Source: a virus. From it: DNA of 64,000 nt. The stretch is from the IMG/VR virus record IMGVR_UViG_3300045051_000978, positions 32,001 through 96,000 of that record; one strand, given 5' to 3'. This document shows positions 63,878 through 64,000 of this stretch, one piece after another. Under the pieces are notes generated by a model, which saw nothing but the letters and a program-made list of their open reading frames with translations, did not search any database and was not told where the DNA came from. The translations under genes and the position numbers were made by a program. Numbering within the stretch: the first letter of the stretch is position 1; every line of letters starts with the position of its first letter.

Positions 63878-64000
63878 AAGGCAGCCATGACCGAAAAAGA
63901 ATGTGAGGGTATCTTCACCACGGCCGGCATTCCGTTTACGCACAAATGGGAGCTGATGAACCAGTATTGGCCTCGTGCGTATCCCGACATGATCCTCAAC

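Noticed and set aside
1-64000. Genome-wide TAG reassignment (code 15)
   Set aside because: Long structural genes and terL have no internal TAG, and many genes end in TAG, including convergent CTAG pairs at 8445-8448 and 27760-27763.

Overview
This window looks like part of a large, GC-rich (~60%) tailed dsDNA phage genome. Evidence: a large terminase, T4 gp9/gp10-like baseplate anchors, a gp53/LysM-like baseplate protein, ThyX, RusA, a holin and dozens of short orphan ORFs. A VPESG-type PEP-CTERM protein and secreted Fn3 proteins suggest a Verrucomicrobia-like host (inference). Layout: early/accessory genes and a tRNA (1-8.9 kb); a tail/baseplate block rich in paralogs (8.9-24.8 kb); lysis, packaging and virion genes (24.8-44.5 kb); early accessory genes (44.5-64 kb). 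Main finding: a phage-encoded amber (CUA) suppressor tRNA (4958-5031) plus an operon (45499 to 44479, minus strand) whose first two genes, a Pth2-type peptidyl-tRNA hydrolase and a Cys-motif protein, each carry an in-frame TAG near the 5' end in the same context (Pro-Thr-TAG-Val). TAG still ends many other genes, so this looks like a programmed amber-readthrough switch, not genome-wide recoding. Other signals: a candidate late promoter (TAnTTA) linked to a shared N-terminal '...LLE' leader on unrelated proteins; six gp10-anchored beta-helix paralogs; a J-domain kinase/vWA/PurA-like module; an Asp-to-Asn pseudo-receiver; leaderless sigma70 early promoters; strong GTANAC enrichment. All family calls come from motifs recognised by eye; no searches were run.
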